DNA of 64,000 nucleotides from Polyangiaceae bacterium (lineage in GTDB: Bacteria > Myxococcota_A > Polyangia > Polyangiales > Polyangiaceae), in contig JBILLK010000002.1 in assembly GCA_044376115.1 (NCBI GenBank), positions 192,001 to 256,000 of the forward strand. The letters run 5' to 3'. This document shows, piece after piece, positions 47,511-58,755 of this stretch; positions within the stretch are counted from its first letter, which is position 1, and each line of letters begins with the position of its first letter. The position numbers were made by a program, and so were the translations under genes. The notes under the pieces were generated by a model that saw nothing but the letters and a program-made list of their open reading frames with translations, did not search any database and had not been told where the DNA came from.

Positions 47511-48491
47511 TCAGGGCGACGGGCTGTCGGGCGTCACGCCGCCGTACGCGTCGATCTCTGCGAAGTCCTGCCAAGAGGATGCGCACTCAAGAGTGCCGGC
47601 CGCAACCGCTCGTGCTCCGCCTGCACAGCGTGAAGGCTCCCGTGGGAAGGGCATCAGAAGCGCCTTGTTGAGAGTCGCTGCGGGATAGGATCCAATAATT
47701 AGGCGCGCCATTTCCTTACCGCGAGCTTTCCGCTGGGTAATGGCAATCTTTCGGGCGCCTAACTCCTTCGTGGCGTCAAGGTGAGCCAACTTCTGTTCCA
47801 CCCGCGCACGAAGCGCAGGGTCCTCCGTTGTTGCGAGTATGCTTTGATACACCTCCACGGCCCGCTCAATCTGGTCGTTTTCGATCAGCACCCGGTCTCC
47901 GGCAATGGCTTGCCAAACGATATTGGAGTCTTTGGGGGCAAGTTCCGCAGCGCGCGCCAGGTACTCAGCTCCTTCCTTGCGCCACTGCGCGGCAAGCTCT
48001 GGCTCGTCCTCCAGATACGTCGACGGAGCGAGGTAAGTGACATACGCTCCAAGAATCAGGTGCAGCTCGGCGTCTGTTGGGCGTTCTCGGACGCCTCGCT
48101 CGAGGATGCGCCGGACCGCGAGCACCTCTTCCCGCGGAGCTTCCGTAACCTGCAACGTCACGAGGGCTTGCGTTAGGCGATACGGGTCGCGCCACGTTGG
48201 TTCAAGATGATTGACTGCGTCGATGGTCTCAACGACCAGATCGTACCGTCGCTTCTCTCCCATTCGGAGGCCTTGAGAAACCAAAAGGTCAGCCCACATC
48301 ACGTCCGCGAGCGCTGCACGATGGCCAAGGGAGAGACGCTCGAGTTGCTCTGGTGGTGGAAGCAAATACGCGTCATCGGCAAAGGCGACCTGTTGGTGCG
48401 CGTCACGAAGCGGCAATTGGGTCGCTACCGCACCTGCAACAGCCACCAGCACCCCGCCGCCCAGCAGCACGTCACCCAGAAGCGGTTTCAC
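47511..48491 (-). CDS. TPR-like pilus accessory protein (PilG-like of myxobacterial pil clusters)
   Basis: N-terminal TM helix; ALADVMW, LEPTWRDPY and ILERG..P motifs; located downstream of the pilins. Confidence 0.55.
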   Translation of the reverse strand: MKPLLGDVLLGGGVLVAVAGAVATQLPLRDAHQQVAFADDAYLLPPPEQLERLSLGHRAALADVMWADLLVSQGLRMGEKRRYDLVVETIDAVNHLEPTWRDPYRLTQALVTLQVTEAPREEVLAVRRILERGVRERPTDAELHLILGAYVTYLAPSTYLEDEPELAAQWRKEGAEYLARAAELAPKDSNIVWQAIAGDRVLIENDQIERAVEVYQSILATTEDPALRARVEQKLAHLDATKELGARKIAITQRKARGKEMARLIIGSYPAATLNKALLMPFPREPSRCAGGARAVAAGTLECASSWQDFAEIDAYGGVTPDSPSP

Positions 48492-48979
48492 TCGACCTCG
48501 CGCCTGATCAGCAACCCGGCCATCGCCCGTGGCGCCTTCCCAGGTTCCCTCTCCCCACGAACCTCGAAGGTGGACAAGGTTCCGTCCCCGTCCAAGTCGC
48601 CAAAGGCACGAGCTGAAAACCGAGCGACCTCGGACCCTGGATCGAGACTCGAGTCAAACTGGAAGCAATAGGCGTGTTCATTCTCCAGACGAAAACTCAG
48701 TGCTCGCCAAGTTAGGTGGTCCCACGTTTCGGGTGGGTCCTTCACACGAGTCCCTCTTGGGACCTCGGCTGGGGTCAGCCCAACAGACGGCGGGAAGGAG
48801 TCTCGTTGGGGCCGCTCAGCAGCAGAGACAATGGCCCGTCGCGCGATGTGGTCAAGACCGTCCAACGCCTCGACCGACTTGGAAGCACTAAGGTTCTTGA
48901 GAAAGGTCGGAACAGCCACGGCCAGCAACGAGCCACCTATTCCAAAAATAGCAGAGAAGCGGAGCAGGGTCATTCCCAC
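48488..48979 (-). CDS. Minor pilin-like protein
   Basis: Pilin-like hydrophobic N-terminus (LLAVAVPTF...SKSVEA...L); TWRALSF and ARAFGDLDGDG are echoed in the adjacent pilins; lacks the canonical GFTLxE motif. Confidence 0.6.
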   Translation of the reverse strand: MGMTLLRFSAIFGIGGSLLAVAVPTFLKNLSASKSVEALDGLDHIARRAIVSAAERPQRDSFPPSVGLTPAEVPRGTRVKDPPETWDHLTWRALSFRLENEHAYCFQFDSSLDPGSEVARFSARAFGDLDGDGTLSTFEVRGEREPGKAPRAMAGLLIRREVE

Positions 48980-49038
48980 ACTCCGCTTCTAGCTCAGCCG
49001 CTCAGCCAGTGCACATTTGCTAGTTGTGCACGGTCCGA

Positions 49039-49683
49039 TCACTCATACTCGTTAACAATCTGGAGTTCGGTCGCCAGCTTGAGCGCCTTCGTCGTGACGT
49101 TAACCTCCGCCGACTGAGCAAAGCCGCTGATTTCAGCGTCGTTGTCCAAGTCACCCTGGGCCCAAACTAGGAATTGGCCTTCTGCAGCGGCGTATCCCGT
49201 GAAGGAAGCCGCTCCGACCATGCTGGCGTGGGCGGTTCCGCCTGCCGAGGCTCCAAGCGGATTCGCTTGGTACCCGTAGCGGAAGTAGTGCGGGCTGGTC
49301 ATCGAGAACTTTAGGCACTTCCAGCCGGTTAGATTGTCCCCTGCGTTGAAGTCAACCGAGCTTCCCGTCTGCGGCTGGTACTTCTTTCCACCAGGAACAG
49401 CACCGGGTACAGCCGTAGCTCCACCACAGATGTCGTGGTTGACCTGTGCACCCAAGGTACCTTCAGTGAGGAGCTCGGTTGCATTGCTCTCACGTTCATA
49501 GGCCTGCTGCCCACCGCGACTGATCGCGCCGATGTTGTTCTTCGCTTCGCTAGTCTTCGCGGAGGCGAGGTAGCGCCGCACACCGTAGATGGCTAGCGCA
49601 GCGAGAATACCAATGATCGCAACGACGATCATGAGTTCCACAAGAGTGAAGCCGGCCCGTGAGTAACGCTTGAAAGCTCGCAT
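49039..49683 (-). CDS. pilA: Type IV pilin (probable major pilin)
   Basis: G|FTLVELMIVVAIIGILAALAI prepilin motif; AKTSEAKNNI; strong SD GGAGG. Confidence 0.85.
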   Translation of the reverse strand: MRAFKRYSRAGFTLVELMIVVAIIGILAALAIYGVRRYLASAKTSEAKNNIGAISRGGQQAYERESNATELLTEGTLGAQVNHDICGGATAVPGAVPGGKKYQPQTGSSVDFNAGDNLTGWKCLKFSMTSPHYFRYGYQANPLGASAGGTAHASMVGAASFTGYAAAEGQFLVWAQGDLDNDAEISGFAQSAEVNVTTKALKLATELQIVNEYE

Positions 49684-49769
49684 GATTTCCTCCGTAATTG
49701 CTTGTCAGACCCAAGACTCTCGCTCGGGTGACGAGCGAAACCCTAGCCAGCCACAACGGTGGCCCGGCC

Positions 49770-49798
49770 AAAAACCGCTCGCGTACTGCGAGCGAAAA
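49770..49798 (-). terminator. Hairpin with U-tract between the two pilin genes
   Basis: Minus strand reads CGCTCGC-AGTAC-GCGAGCG followed by GTTTTT, shortly after the stop of the upstream pilin. Confidence 0.5.
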
Positions 49799-49817
49799 CT
49801 TAAGCGACCGAGCGCAG

Positions 49818-50435
49818 CTACTCGCCCTCGTCGCCGACCTGGACCTCGTTCGCCTGTGACGTCGTTGTCATTAGCGAGTACGCCCCGTCGTTGTCCAGAT
49901 TGCCGACCGCAATGGCGATGTACCAGGGCTCGCGAGGACTTACGACGCCAATATTCATATTGACGTTCGTAGCAAAGGCCGCAGCGCTGGGAGCAAGGTT
50001 ACCCCCATGGTTGACCGAAGCGCCCGGAAGGCCCGCTCGCACTGCGTAGCTGAAACGAACTGCGCCGGTCGAGCGAAACCCGATGGCGTTAAAGCAGGTT
50101 CCGACATTCGAGGCTCCGCCCCACTGGATCTTTCGGTCGTTGATACCAGCAAGCGCCCGGGGGTACAGCCAGGCGTCAGCTATCTCGGTCGCGCCATTGT
50201 TAGCAATTGGATTGCCTGACGCTCCGTCACATCCGGCGTACGTCAGATTCTCAGACCGATAGGACTCTTGAGCGATCTTCATCGATGCCAACATCGACTT
50301 GGCCTCGCCAGAGTGCGCCGAACTCAAGTACTTCCTGAAACCGTAGATTCCAAGCGCTGCCAGGATTCCGATGATCGCAACAACGATCATCAGTTCAACC
50401 AGGGTGAAACCCCGTGCTCTCCAGCGCCGCTTCAT
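49818..50435 (-). CDS. Second type IV pilin
   Basis: G|FTLVELMIVVAIIGILAALGI; ATG 50435 (MKRRWRARG); C-terminal GNLDNDG. Confidence 0.85.
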   Translation of the reverse strand: MKRRWRARGFTLVELMIVVAIIGILAALGIYGFRKYLSSAHSGEAKSMLASMKIAQESYRSENLTYAGCDGASGNPIANNGATEIADAWLYPRALAGINDRKIQWGGASNVGTCFNAIGFRSTGAVRFSYAVRAGLPGASVNHGGNLAPSAAAFATNVNMNIGVVSPREPWYIAIAVGNLDNDGAYSLMTTTSQANEVQVGDEGE

Positions 50436-50448
50436 CGGGTGTACACCA

Positions 50449-50464
50449 AGCATTGAACGTGCCA
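50449..50464 (-). promoter_or_regulatory. Sigma54 promoter of the pilin genes
   Basis: Minus strand reads TGGCACGTTCAATGCT; lies between pilR and the first pilin gene. Confidence 0.75.
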
Positions 50465-50528
50465 TCTCATCAGCTCCAATTTCTTGTGAAGAACGCCTAG
50501 TCTTGGAGTTTGGCAGTGCCCAATTTGG

Positions 50529-51977
50529 TCACTGCCGAACTCGACTCGGTGACGAGTCTGGTCCGTTGTCCTCTTCCGCACCGTCGCCCACATCAATCCC
50601 GTGCTTTTCCAGACGGTAGCGAATGGTGCGAAACGTCAGCCCAAGTAGCTTCGCAGCGTTGGTCCGAACGCCCTTAGCGCGATCCAACGCCTCAAGTAGC
50701 AGTCTGCGCTCAACCTCGCCAAGGACTTCGTCGAGTCGAATGCCCTCGGGAGGCAAGGAGGTAACGAGGGGCATCGCGAGCCCGCTGGTCCCCGAAACCT
50801 CTGGTGGCAGATCGCCCAAGCCAATGGCGTTGGACTGAGCCAGGGCCACCGCCCGTTCGATGATATTCTCCAGTTCACGGACGTTGCCGGGAAAGGTGTA
50901 AGCGTCGAGCGCCCGTAGAGCTTCTGGTGCCAGAGTTCGCACCGCCTTGTTCTGGTCTTCAGCGAACTGCGCGAGGAAGTGGTGCGCAAGCTCGCGGATG
51001 TCGCTGCCTCGCTCGCGCAGCGGAGGCAGCCGCAGACGAATGACGTTGAGGCGATAGTAGAGGTCTTGTCGAAACGTACCTGCCCGCACCTCGCTTTCGA
51101 TGTCGCGATTGGTGGCTGCGAGCAGCCGGATGTCGACGGGAATCTCTTCGGTACCACCGACTGGCCGGACGCGCTTCTCCTGCAAAACGCGCAGGAGCTT
51201 AACTTGTAGGCTGAGTGGCAGCTCCCCGACCTCGTCGAGCAGCAACGTGCCACCGTCAGCCTCTCGCACGATGCCTTCACGCGCTTGCACCGCCCCGGTG
51301 AACGCCCCGCGCTGATGGCCGAAGAGTTCGCTCTCCATCAATGCCTCCGGGAGAGCTCCGCAGTTGACGACGCGAAACGGCCCTGCCTTTCGATCCGAGT
51401 GTGAGTGCAGCGCCCTGGCAATGCGCTCCTTCCCAGTCCCGCTCTCGCCTGTGATGAGCACGGTTGTCTTTGTGGGCGCTATTCGGCTGACCATGTCGGC
51501 GAGCGCGACCATCGGGGGGCTGCTGCCGAACTCGGAGGGCTCTGGTTGTAGTCGAACGAGCTTTGCTCGTAGTGAGCTGTTCTCGTCTTGCAGCGCCCTT
51601 TTCTCAAGAGCCTTGGCTGTCTGGGCCATCATGTGCGCGGGCGAGAAAGGCTTGATGACGAAGTCGTAGGCGCCCGCTCGCATCGCATCGATGGCGGCGT
51701 CGACTGTTGAGTGCGCGGTCATCACGATGACTTCAGTGGAGGGAGCCCTACGCTTGGCCGCCGAGAGCACGTCAAGCCCAGAGCCGTCCGGCATGACGAG
51801 GTCGGTGATTACGACCGGGAAGGCTTCACCATCGTTGCTGATCCGATGGAGTGCGGCTCTGACGCCGGCTTCGGTAACCACGCTGTACCCTGACCGCTTG
51901 AGAGCGATCGCCAGCATTTCTCGGAGGCTGGGCTCGTCGTCCACCACGAGCACACGCGCTTCGCTGCGAGCGGTCAT
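50529..51977 (-). CDS. pilR: Sigma54-dependent response regulator (PilR-like)
   Basis: Receiver domain (VVDDE, TDLVMP); AAA+ motifs GESGTGKE, ESELFGH, GAFTGA, LLDEVGE; Fis-type HTH; directly upstream of the pilins. Confidence 0.8.
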   Translation of the reverse strand: MTARSEARVLVVDDEPSLREMLAIALKRSGYSVVTEAGVRAALHRISNDGEAFPVVITDLVMPDGSGLDVLSAAKRRAPSTEVIVMTAHSTVDAAIDAMRAGAYDFVIKPFSPAHMMAQTAKALEKRALQDENSSLRAKLVRLQPEPSEFGSSPPMVALADMVSRIAPTKTTVLITGESGTGKERIARALHSHSDRKAGPFRVVNCGALPEALMESELFGHQRGAFTGAVQAREGIVREADGGTLLLDEVGELPLSLQVKLLRVLQEKRVRPVGGTEEIPVDIRLLAATNRDIESEVRAGTFRQDLYYRLNVIRLRLPPLRERGSDIRELAHHFLAQFAEDQNKAVRTLAPEALRALDAYTFPGNVRELENIIERAVALAQSNAIGLGDLPPEVSGTSGLAMPLVTSLPPEGIRLDEVLGEVERRLLLEALDRAKGVRTNAAKLLGLTFRTIRYRLEKHGIDVGDGAEEDNGPDSSPSRVRQ

Positions 51978-52044
51978 CAGTCAGCACGATACACAAAACG
52001 TTTCGATTGCGGAAACGCGCCGAGAATCGTTCCTCGAACGCGCC

Positions 52045-52452
52045 CTACTGCGAACACGCTGTGGGATTCTCTGCGATGCCATCCATGGTTTCGGTGAACA
52101 CCACCCGGGTCTCGTCGCTGGCCTCGTCTCCGAGCAACTGTTTTAGGACCAACGTGTCGCACTCAGTGGCCTCAATTGACAGGGTGTAAACACCTGTACC
52201 CTCGCGGTCCAGGAACACCGCGCCCCGCCCGGTTGCTTCGTTGTAACCCACGACTTCAGCGCCTTCGATGCAGCTTCCGATGATCGTCCACTCCCCGCCG
52301 GCGTTGGAGATGGACCCCGGTTCTTCAGGTGGCGGAAGCGGCAGCGTCGGTGACAAGCAGTTCGCGCCGAGTACGACGAGGCTCCCGACTAGCCCTCGTG
52401 CGATCCACGCGTTCGCCCGAGACAGAGACTTGTGCAGCCAACGCGTTTGCAT
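52045..52452 (-). CDS. Hypothetical lipoprotein
   Basis: Hydrophobic stretch ending GANC, then LSPTLPLPPP and a small beta domain. Confidence 0.55.
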   Translation of the reverse strand: MQTRWLHKSLSRANAWIARGLVGSLVVLGANCLSPTLPLPPPEEPGSISNAGGEWTIIGSCIEGAEVVGYNEATGRGAVFLDREGTGVYTLSIEATECDTLVLKQLLGDEASDETRVVFTETMDGIAENPTACSQ

Positions 52453-52596
52453 CCCAAAACCGCCTTCCAAAAATTAGGCCAAGCGGAATCATTCGACAAA
52501 TGCGTCGAAAAAGGCGGGAGGCCTAACCGACGGACGCTCTGGCGGCGCCAACAAGGTTGACGATGTCACCTCTGTTGACCGTTGCAGGTTGGCTTA

Positions 52597-53988
52597 CTAG
52601 CCAGCGACTACTCGAAGCGTCTTTTTCCCTTTGGCTCTAGGTTTTGGCTGAGGAGGCGCCTCCTGCTCAAGCACCTCTCCCACCAAATCACAGTCGGCTG
52701 CTTGCGTGATTTCCACGCGGCAAATCGACCCCACGGCCGGGTCCCCTCCCGAGAGAAAGACGTTCCCATCAATCTCAGGTGCTTGCCCCTTGTGTCGACC
52801 GACCAACACATGTTCGTGCTCTTCGCTCGGGCCTTCGACTAGGACCTCTAAAGTCTGACCAATAAGGCCGCGAGTCTTCTTGCGTTGGATTCGCTTCTGA
52901 AGGGTCTGGAGCTTGTTGAGCCGCTTAACCGCCGTACGGGCGTCCACCTTGCCCTCGAGCAAAAAGCTGCGCGCCGACTCTTCGTCTGAGTAGCGGAAGA
53001 AGCCTACTCGATCGAACTCGGCCCACCCGATGAACTCCTCGAGATCGGCGAACTCTTCCTCGGTTTCGCCCGGGTGCCCAACGATGAACGCTGTGCGGAA
53101 CACCAGATCTGGGACCGACGCCCGCAGCTTTTCAACCAAACGTCGAAGCCGTGCCCCACCGTGACCGCGGCGCATGCGCCGCAGCATCGCGTCTGCGGAG
53201 TGCTGTAGCGGCATGTCTACATAAGGGAGCACTCGCGGATGCTTGGCAAGAAGCTCGATGAGCTCCTCGGTCATGGTTTCGGGGTAGAGGTAGAACAAGC
53301 GAACCCAACGAATTCCCGCCACGTCAGCAACGCGTCGCACCAGCTCGGCCAGCGTCGGTTTGCTCTCCAGGTCGCGCCCATACGCGACTGTGTCTTGCGA
53401 GATGAGGTTGAGTTCCAAGACTCCCTCTGCGGCAAGCCGCTCCGCCTCCCGCACCACGTCGTCTATCGAGCGCGAGCGCTGTTTCCCGCGTAGGCTGGGA
53501 ATCACGCAAAAGGAGCACGTGCGATTGCAACCCTCGGCGATCTTTAAGTAGGCGCTTGCACCTCGCGTCGTGAGTATGCGTGGGCTCGTTGCCGAGATCA
53601 GCCAGTCGGCGGGCTGCCCAACGTTCAGCTTGGCGGCATCCGCGGCAAGCGTGTTTCGCAGCTTCAACATATCGCTGGAGCCGAGCAGGTGGTCGATCTC
53701 CGGGATGCCCTCGGCCAGCTCCTCGGGATGACGTTGCACCAAGCAACCGGTCACCACGAGCTTCTTGCATTGGCCCTCCTGCTTCCACTTGGCCATCTCG
53801 AAGATGGTGTCGATCGACTCCTTCTTGGCGTCTTCGATGAAGCCGCAGGTGTTGACGACGATGACCTCAGCAGCCTCAGGATCCGCGACGTGAACGAAGC
53901 CGTCCTGTGCGAGCGCACCAAGCATGACCTCCGAGTCGACGCGGTTCTTTGGACAACCCAAACTTACGAAATGGACCGAACGACTCAT
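52597..53988 (-). CDS. rimO: Ribosomal protein S12 methylthiotransferase RimO
   Basis: [38 protein letters not shown] and APEIDG (TRAM) motifs. Confidence 0.96.
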   Translation of the reverse strand: MSRSVHFVSLGCPKNRVDSEVMLGALAQDGFVHVADPEAAEVIVVNTCGFIEDAKKESIDTIFEMAKWKQEGQCKKLVVTGCLVQRHPEELAEGIPEIDHLLGSSDMLKLRNTLAADAAKLNVGQPADWLISATSPRILTTRGASAYLKIAEGCNRTCSFCVIPSLRGKQRSRSIDDVVREAERLAAEGVLELNLISQDTVAYGRDLESKPTLAELVRRVADVAGIRWVRLFYLYPETMTEELIELLAKHPRVLPYVDMPLQHSADAMLRRMRRGHGGARLRRLVEKLRASVPDLVFRTAFIVGHPGETEEEFADLEEFIGWAEFDRVGFFRYSDEESARSFLLEGKVDARTAVKRLNKLQTLQKRIQRKKTRGLIGQTLEVLVEGPSEEHEHVLVGRHKGQAPEIDGNVFLSGGDPAVGSICRVEITQAADCDLVGEVLEQEAPPQPKPRAKGKKTLRVVAG

Positions 53989-55118
53989 GAGGCTCGAAGC
54001 ATTCTTTGTTTGAACGCTGAAAAAAGGTGAAGAGTGTCATGGGGCCCAGGGGCGGCCTCTGGATGGAACTGGACCGAGAACGCGTTGGCATCGGGCACGC
54101 TCAAACCTTCACTCGTGCCGTCGTTCAGGTGCTTGTAGGTGGCGTGGGCGGAGGCCGGCAAGGAGGCGACATCGACGGCAAATCCGTGATTTTGGGAGGT
54201 GATCTCCACGCGACCCGACTCGAGGTTGAGCACCGGTTGGTTGAGTCCGCGATGGCCGAACTTCAGCTTGTAGGTGCGAGCTCCGACGGCCAGCGCAAGA
54301 ATCTGATGACCCAAGCAAATGCCAAAAATGGGCTTCTTACCTAGGAGTTCTCGCGTAGTAGCGATGGCGTACGAGAGCACCGCGGGGTCGCCAGGGCCGT
54401 TTGACAAGAACACGCCATCAGGGTTGAGCGCGAGAACCTCCGCTGCTGAAAAGCTCGCCGGGACCCGCGTTACCCGACAGCCAATGTCCACCAGCGAGCG
54501 CAGGATGTTCTGCTTTGCGCCGTAATCAACGGCGACCACGTGGGGTCTCTCTGAATCAGAAGCAAACAACGTGCGGAACTCGCTGGGCGTGTGCTCGGCG
54601 AACTCTGAGGCTACGCGACAGCTAACTTCACCGACGAGATCTAGCCCCTCCATAGCGCGAGCTCCGCGCGCGGCCTCCACTAGCGCCTCCGGATCTCCGC
54701 TTCCGATCGCGCCGTTCTGCGAACCGTGCGTTCGAAGGTGCCGAACCAGCTTGCGTGTGTCGATCCCCGATATTGCCGTCAGGTTGTGACGCTCGAGGTA
54801 TGCGGCGAGGGACTCGCTTGCGCGATGGCTCGAGGCGACGTCGCTGCCCTCGCGTACCACGAGCCCGGCCGCGTGCGGGGTGATCGCCTCGTTGTCCTCG
54901 GTGTTTGCACCGGTGTTGCCGATTTGAGGCGAGGCCATCACGACGATCTGTCCGCGAAAGGACGGATCGGTGAGGACTTCCTGGTATCCCGTCATACCCG
55001 TCGTAAAGACAACCTCGCCAACCGTTGTTGGCAACGGTCCAAAGCTATGCCCTTCGAACACGGTGCCATCTGCCAAACAGAGGCGCGCGGTAGTGCGAGG
55101 CTGCATGCCGGTGGCCAT
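53985..55118 (-). CDS. carA: Carbamoyl-phosphate synthase small subunit
   Basis: [43 protein letters not shown] and QFHPEA motifs. Confidence 0.97.
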   Translation of the reverse strand: MATGMQPRTTARLCLADGTVFEGHSFGPLPTTVGEVVFTTGMTGYQEVLTDPSFRGQIVVMASPQIGNTGANTEDNEAITPHAAGLVVREGSDVASSHRASESLAAYLERHNLTAISGIDTRKLVRHLRTHGSQNGAIGSGDPEALVEAARGARAMEGLDLVGEVSCRVASEFAEHTPSEFRTLFASDSERPHVVAVDYGAKQNILRSLVDIGCRVTRVPASFSAAEVLALNPDGVFLSNGPGDPAVLSYAIATTRELLGKKPIFGICLGHQILALAVGARTYKLKFGHRGLNQPVLNLESGRVEITSQNHGFAVDVASLPASAHATYKHLNDGTSEGLSVPDANAFSVQFHPEAAPGPHDTLHLFSAFKQRMLRAS

Positions 55119-55167
55119 ACCACAGTCGCAGTCGACCTTCAGCGCAGTTGTCGCCTTGATGCGAACT

Positions 55168-58100
55168 TCAGGGCAGATTGTTGGCTTGCGTCAAGCGAAT
55201 CAGCCCAAAGATGCGAGCCACATTGAAGGAGCGGCCGCCATACGCAACAAACGTATGCAACACGCGCGACGGTGGATCACAGAGAGGGAGACAGTGCAGA
55301 AGCAAGCATTCCGCTGCTTGTTGCACACACCAGCGCTTCAGAGGTTCGGCCTTCAGTGCCGGGTGGCTCTGCTCGCGCGCAGCGCATTCCGCCAACGTTT
55401 CCGGCGCGATAGGATCAGGGGCAAAAACCGTAAACCCGCTCGAGCGCCGCTGGCCCAAGATAGCTGGTCGAGGATGCTTCAGACATGCGTCCACATAGCG
55501 TGGATGGCACGGAAGAAACGCTTCATCCCCAAGGCTACCGTCGCTCGCGCCGGGGCCGAGCACCCACTGCAAGGCTTCAAGTGCCTGCTTGGCCTCCCCA
55601 AGCGAGATCGCGATTCGGGCAAGCGTCAACGCCGAGCCCAAGGTCCTTTGGTCGGCGAAGTCGGAAACCGCCTCGCTCAACGCGCGATTGGCCAGCGAAA
55701 GGGCGGCGTCCGGAGTGTTGCTCTCGAGGGCGCCGAGAAAGAATGCAACGGCCGGAGGGAGCTTTGCCTGCGCGAGCCCCAGTGCTTCGAGGTGGGCCAG
55801 ACTTTGGTGCTCGCCGTGGATCACTGGCGCGGCGCCCGAAGCAGGCGGCGCCTCGTCCACCAAACGTCCGCAGGCGCGCAAGGAGGCAGCTCTTTCGGGG
55901 CCAAGGACCAGCAGGTTTTGGGATGTGGGAGGTGCCGTTGTCGGAACCAACAGCCCAAGCTCGGGCACCGGTCGCACGCAGACAACTGGGCTTTCCTCGG
56001 ACCAAGCAATCGTCGCATCTGCATTCGACATCAGATGGGCAAACAAATGGGGCTCGAGCAGCTGGCCTCGCAAAAACGACCAGTCACCGAAGAACGCATT
56101 CGTTCCCGGCGCCGGCAGGTCGCTGAACTCCAATTTCGTCGGCGGCAGGCTCTCGCCAAGCCGCAGGCGGTCGAGATGCTCTGCACCCGTCACTGTCAGC
56201 GGGTGATTGCGCGCAAGCACTTGGAGGTCGCCCAAGCAGTCCCAGGCCGAAGTGTGAACCGGCTCGCCTGGGATCAGCACGTTGGAGAAGGCGAGTGCCA
56301 CCGGGTCGTAAAGGTCGAGCCGCCCAAGCGTACGGCCTTCGCCGCGTTCCCCAAAGTTCCCACGCAGCCAAGTCGGCGGCTGGCTTTCCACCTTGATGGC
56401 TTGTCCGAAAAGCTCCGCTCGCGGCGAATCCAGGAACTGATTGAACAGCGCTCGAAAGATGGCTTCAAGTTCACGGCAGTAACGGCCCGAGTCGCCCAAC
56501 ATCGACTCGCGCACTCGCAAGGGAAGCTCCGTGCGTAACTGCTTACGTCGGTCCGCATCCGCTGCAAGGCGCACTGCCGTTGCAACATAGTCGTCCCAAT
56601 CTTGTGCGACCAGATCCGAGAGCCCAACCTGCGCGAGCAAGCTGACGCCAACTCGTGAGACGTGGGCGGCCCCAGCCAAACTCACGACCGGAACGCCCAT
56701 CAGCAGTGCTTCACACGTGGTCGTCGTTCCTGCGTAAGGGAATGAATCAAGCGCTATGTCGACGTCGTTCCAGTTGAGCTGATGAGCCTCGTACGTGGGC
56801 GTCCACCCGAGTATCAAGACCTGGTCCGGGCCGGCCCCTCCACGCTCTAGCTCGCCAAGGATTCGGCGATAGGTGGCATCGCCCTCAACGTTCGTCTTGA
56901 TCAGCAGTCGAGCGTTCGGCACTGCCTCGAGAATGCGAGCCCAAGCAGCGAGCAGACGCGTCGTAAGCTTCATTGCTCTATTGAAACTGCCGAAGATCAG
57001 CGGCTGGTTGGGCTCTCGACTGTAGATCGGCGCGGTCATCTTTTGCGCGAAGTTCCACGCGCAGCCGTTGATACGCACAAGCTCCTCAGAATGGAGCGTG
57101 TCCGTGAGGTCCATTGGATCGGCATGTCGATCCGAGAGCCGAACGTCGATTGCGGCACAGCCGGTAGTCGCAGGGTAGCCAAGGAAGGTCACTTGGATTG
57201 GGGCGGGCTTAAATCCCATCCAAGGCAGTCCAGAGTTGTCGGTGAGGCCTGCGAGGTCGATGAGAATATCGATCTTGTCCCGGGCAATGGCTTCGGCGCT
57301 AGTACGTGACTCGGACGGCCCCAAGAACCTTAGCTCCAAGTGCCGCGCGAGATCGTCAGTAACGCCGTCCCGCTCCTCCGAGGTGGAGTAACAAATCACT
57401 TCAAACCGCTCGCGATCAAAACTGAGCAGCATGCCCCGTGCGAACTTCTCAACGGCATGAAATCGCAGGTCACCGGAGACGAACCCTAGTCTCAGCTTTC
57501 TGTCTCGGGCTCGGTCGACTGTCAGGTCTCGCAGCGGCGACTGAACCAAATGGGCAGCGGCCCAGCCTCGTGTCTCCCAGGCGATGTCGTTCGCTGAAGA
57601 CTCATCGTCGTTCAGCAGCCGCCAGATGATCGGGCGAAGGTGGTACGAAATCCCAGGGGCGAGTTCGACGACACGTCGAGCCATGCTCACGCTGTGCTTT
57701 AAGAACCCCCCATTACCAGCCGCTATCCCTAGCCTGGTCAACGCGTCCACTCTATCGGGATCACGCGCTAGGGCCCGCTCGGCGAAGGAGGAAGCAGCTC
57801 CTGAGTCCACCGAATCGGAGTCCCATGCGAATGCACCAAGTACGTCCGGATCCTCGGGTCGACTAAGCAGCGCTCGTTCGAGCGCGCGGCTGCGATCTTT
57901 GGTTGGTTGAAGGTTCTTGACGGCCTTCAACCAGACTTGCAAAAGCGGAGGAGTGAGGCGCTCAAGCCCGAAGGTTTCCAGTGTGGTAACGACCTCCGGC
58001 CAGCGCTTTTGAGTATTTAGTATCGAAGCCCAGTAAAGGTAGAGCTTTGCTATGAGGCCATCCTCCGACGCTAACTCGACTCCACGGCGCGCCGTTGCTT

Positions 58101-58755
58101 CGGCGACTGGCTCGGAGAGCTTGCGCCCAAGCAGCTCGAGCAGGTCGAGTAGGGGTTGGGCAGCGGTTGACACTGCCACAAAGCGTTGTGTCACCGGATC
58201 GAGGACGGTCTTGTCTCGACCCAACTGATTCAGGGCGGTAAGGAGGATTCCAAGGCCGTCGCGATCCGCGGCGTTGGCCAGAAGCTCGACAGCCGCCTCG
58301 GGGTGTTTGAGTTCAAGGAGGCACCGACCGAGGTGGTAACGGTGGGATTCGTTGTCCTCAAGCTTCAGCGCGGTCTCGAATGCTTCTCTTGCGGTCTCGA
58401 GATTGCCCAGCCGATGCTCGGTTTGTCCCAGACGTAGGCGAAGTCTCGCGAGCGTGGGCGCGAGCTCGACGGCCATCACCAGGCTGTCGCGGGCGTGCTC
58501 GAGCCTGCCCGCAGTCGTGAGCACAGTGGCGAGATTGGCGTGCGGCTTGTAGCTCGTCGGATCGAGGGAGATGCTCTCGCGGTAGGCCCAGACCGCTTGG
58601 TCAACCTCACCCTGTTTGGCGTACGTGGTTCCCAGCTGATTCCACGCCTCCACATCGCCAGGTGCCGAGTCGAGGCGCTCGAGGAGCTCCGCCAGTGTGG
58701 TTTGACCGGCTAGTCGGGCGGCTTGTCCCATCGATCGAAGATTCTGCCCCATCAA
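55168..58755 (-). CDS. TPR-repeat GT41 (O-GlcNAc transferase/SPINDLY-like) glycosyltransferase with C-terminal extension
   Basis: N-terminal TPRs; [36 protein letters not shown]...K and [26 protein letters not shown] motifs. Confidence 0.9.
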   Translation of the reverse strand: MMGQNLRSMGQAARLAGQTTLAELLERLDSAPGDVEAWNQLGTTYAKQGEVDQAVWAYRESISLDPTSYKPHANLATVLTTAGRLEHARDSLVMAVELAPTLARLRLRLGQTEHRLGNLETAREAFETALKLEDNESHRYHLGRCLLELKHPEAAVELLANAADRDGLGILLTALNQLGRDKTVLDPVTQRFVAVSTAAQPLLDLLELLGRKLSEPVAEATARRGVELASEDGLIAKLYLYWASILNTQKRWPEVVTTLETFGLERLTPPLLQVWLKAVKNLQPTKDRSRALERALLSRPEDPDVLGAFAWDSDSVDSGAASSFAERALARDPDRVDALTRLGIAAGNGGFLKHSVSMARRVVELAPGISYHLRPIIWRLLNDDESSANDIAWETRGWAAAHLVQSPLRDLTVDRARDRKLRLGFVSGDLRFHAVEKFARGMLLSFDRERFEVICYSTSEERDGVTDDLARHLELRFLGPSESRTSAEAIARDKIDILIDLAGLTDNSGLPWMGFKPAPIQVTFLGYPATTGCAAIDVRLSDRHADPMDLTDTLHSEELVRINGCAWNFAQKMTAPIYSREPNQPLIFGSFNRAMKLTTRLLAAWARILEAVPNARLLIKTNVEGDATYRRILGELERGGAGPDQVLILGWTPTYEAHQLNWNDVDIALDSFPYAGTTTTCEALLMGVPVVSLAGAAHVSRVGVSLLAQVGLSDLVAQDWDDYVATAVRLAADADRRKQLRTELPLRVRESMLGDSGRYCRELEAIFRALFNQFLDSPRAELFGQAIKVESQPPTWLRGNFGERGEGRTLGRLDLYDPVALAFSNVLIPGEPVHTSAWDCLGDLQVLARNHPLTVTGAEHLDRLRLGESLPPTKLEFSDLPAPGTNAFFGDWSFLRGQLLEPHLFAHLMSNADATIAWSEESPVVCVRPVPELGLLVPTTAPPTSQNLLVLGPERAASLRACGRLVDEAPPASGAAPVIHGEHQSLAHLEALGLAQAKLPPAVAFFLGALESNTPDAALSLANRALSEAVSDFADQRTLGSALTLARIAISLGEAKQALEALQWVLGPGASDGSLGDEAFLPCHPRYVDACLKHPRPAILGQRRSSGFTVFAPDPIAPETLAECAAREQSHPALKAEPLKRWCVQQAAECLLLHCLPLCDPPSRVLHTFVAYGGRSFNVARIFGLIRLTQANNLP

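Noticed and set aside
54970..56538. Long opposite-strand ORFs (e.g. 54970..56538, 6081..7364, 38727..39962, 14714..15457)
   Set aside because: Antisense shadows of well-supported genes, expected in high-GC DNA; no recognisable motifs.
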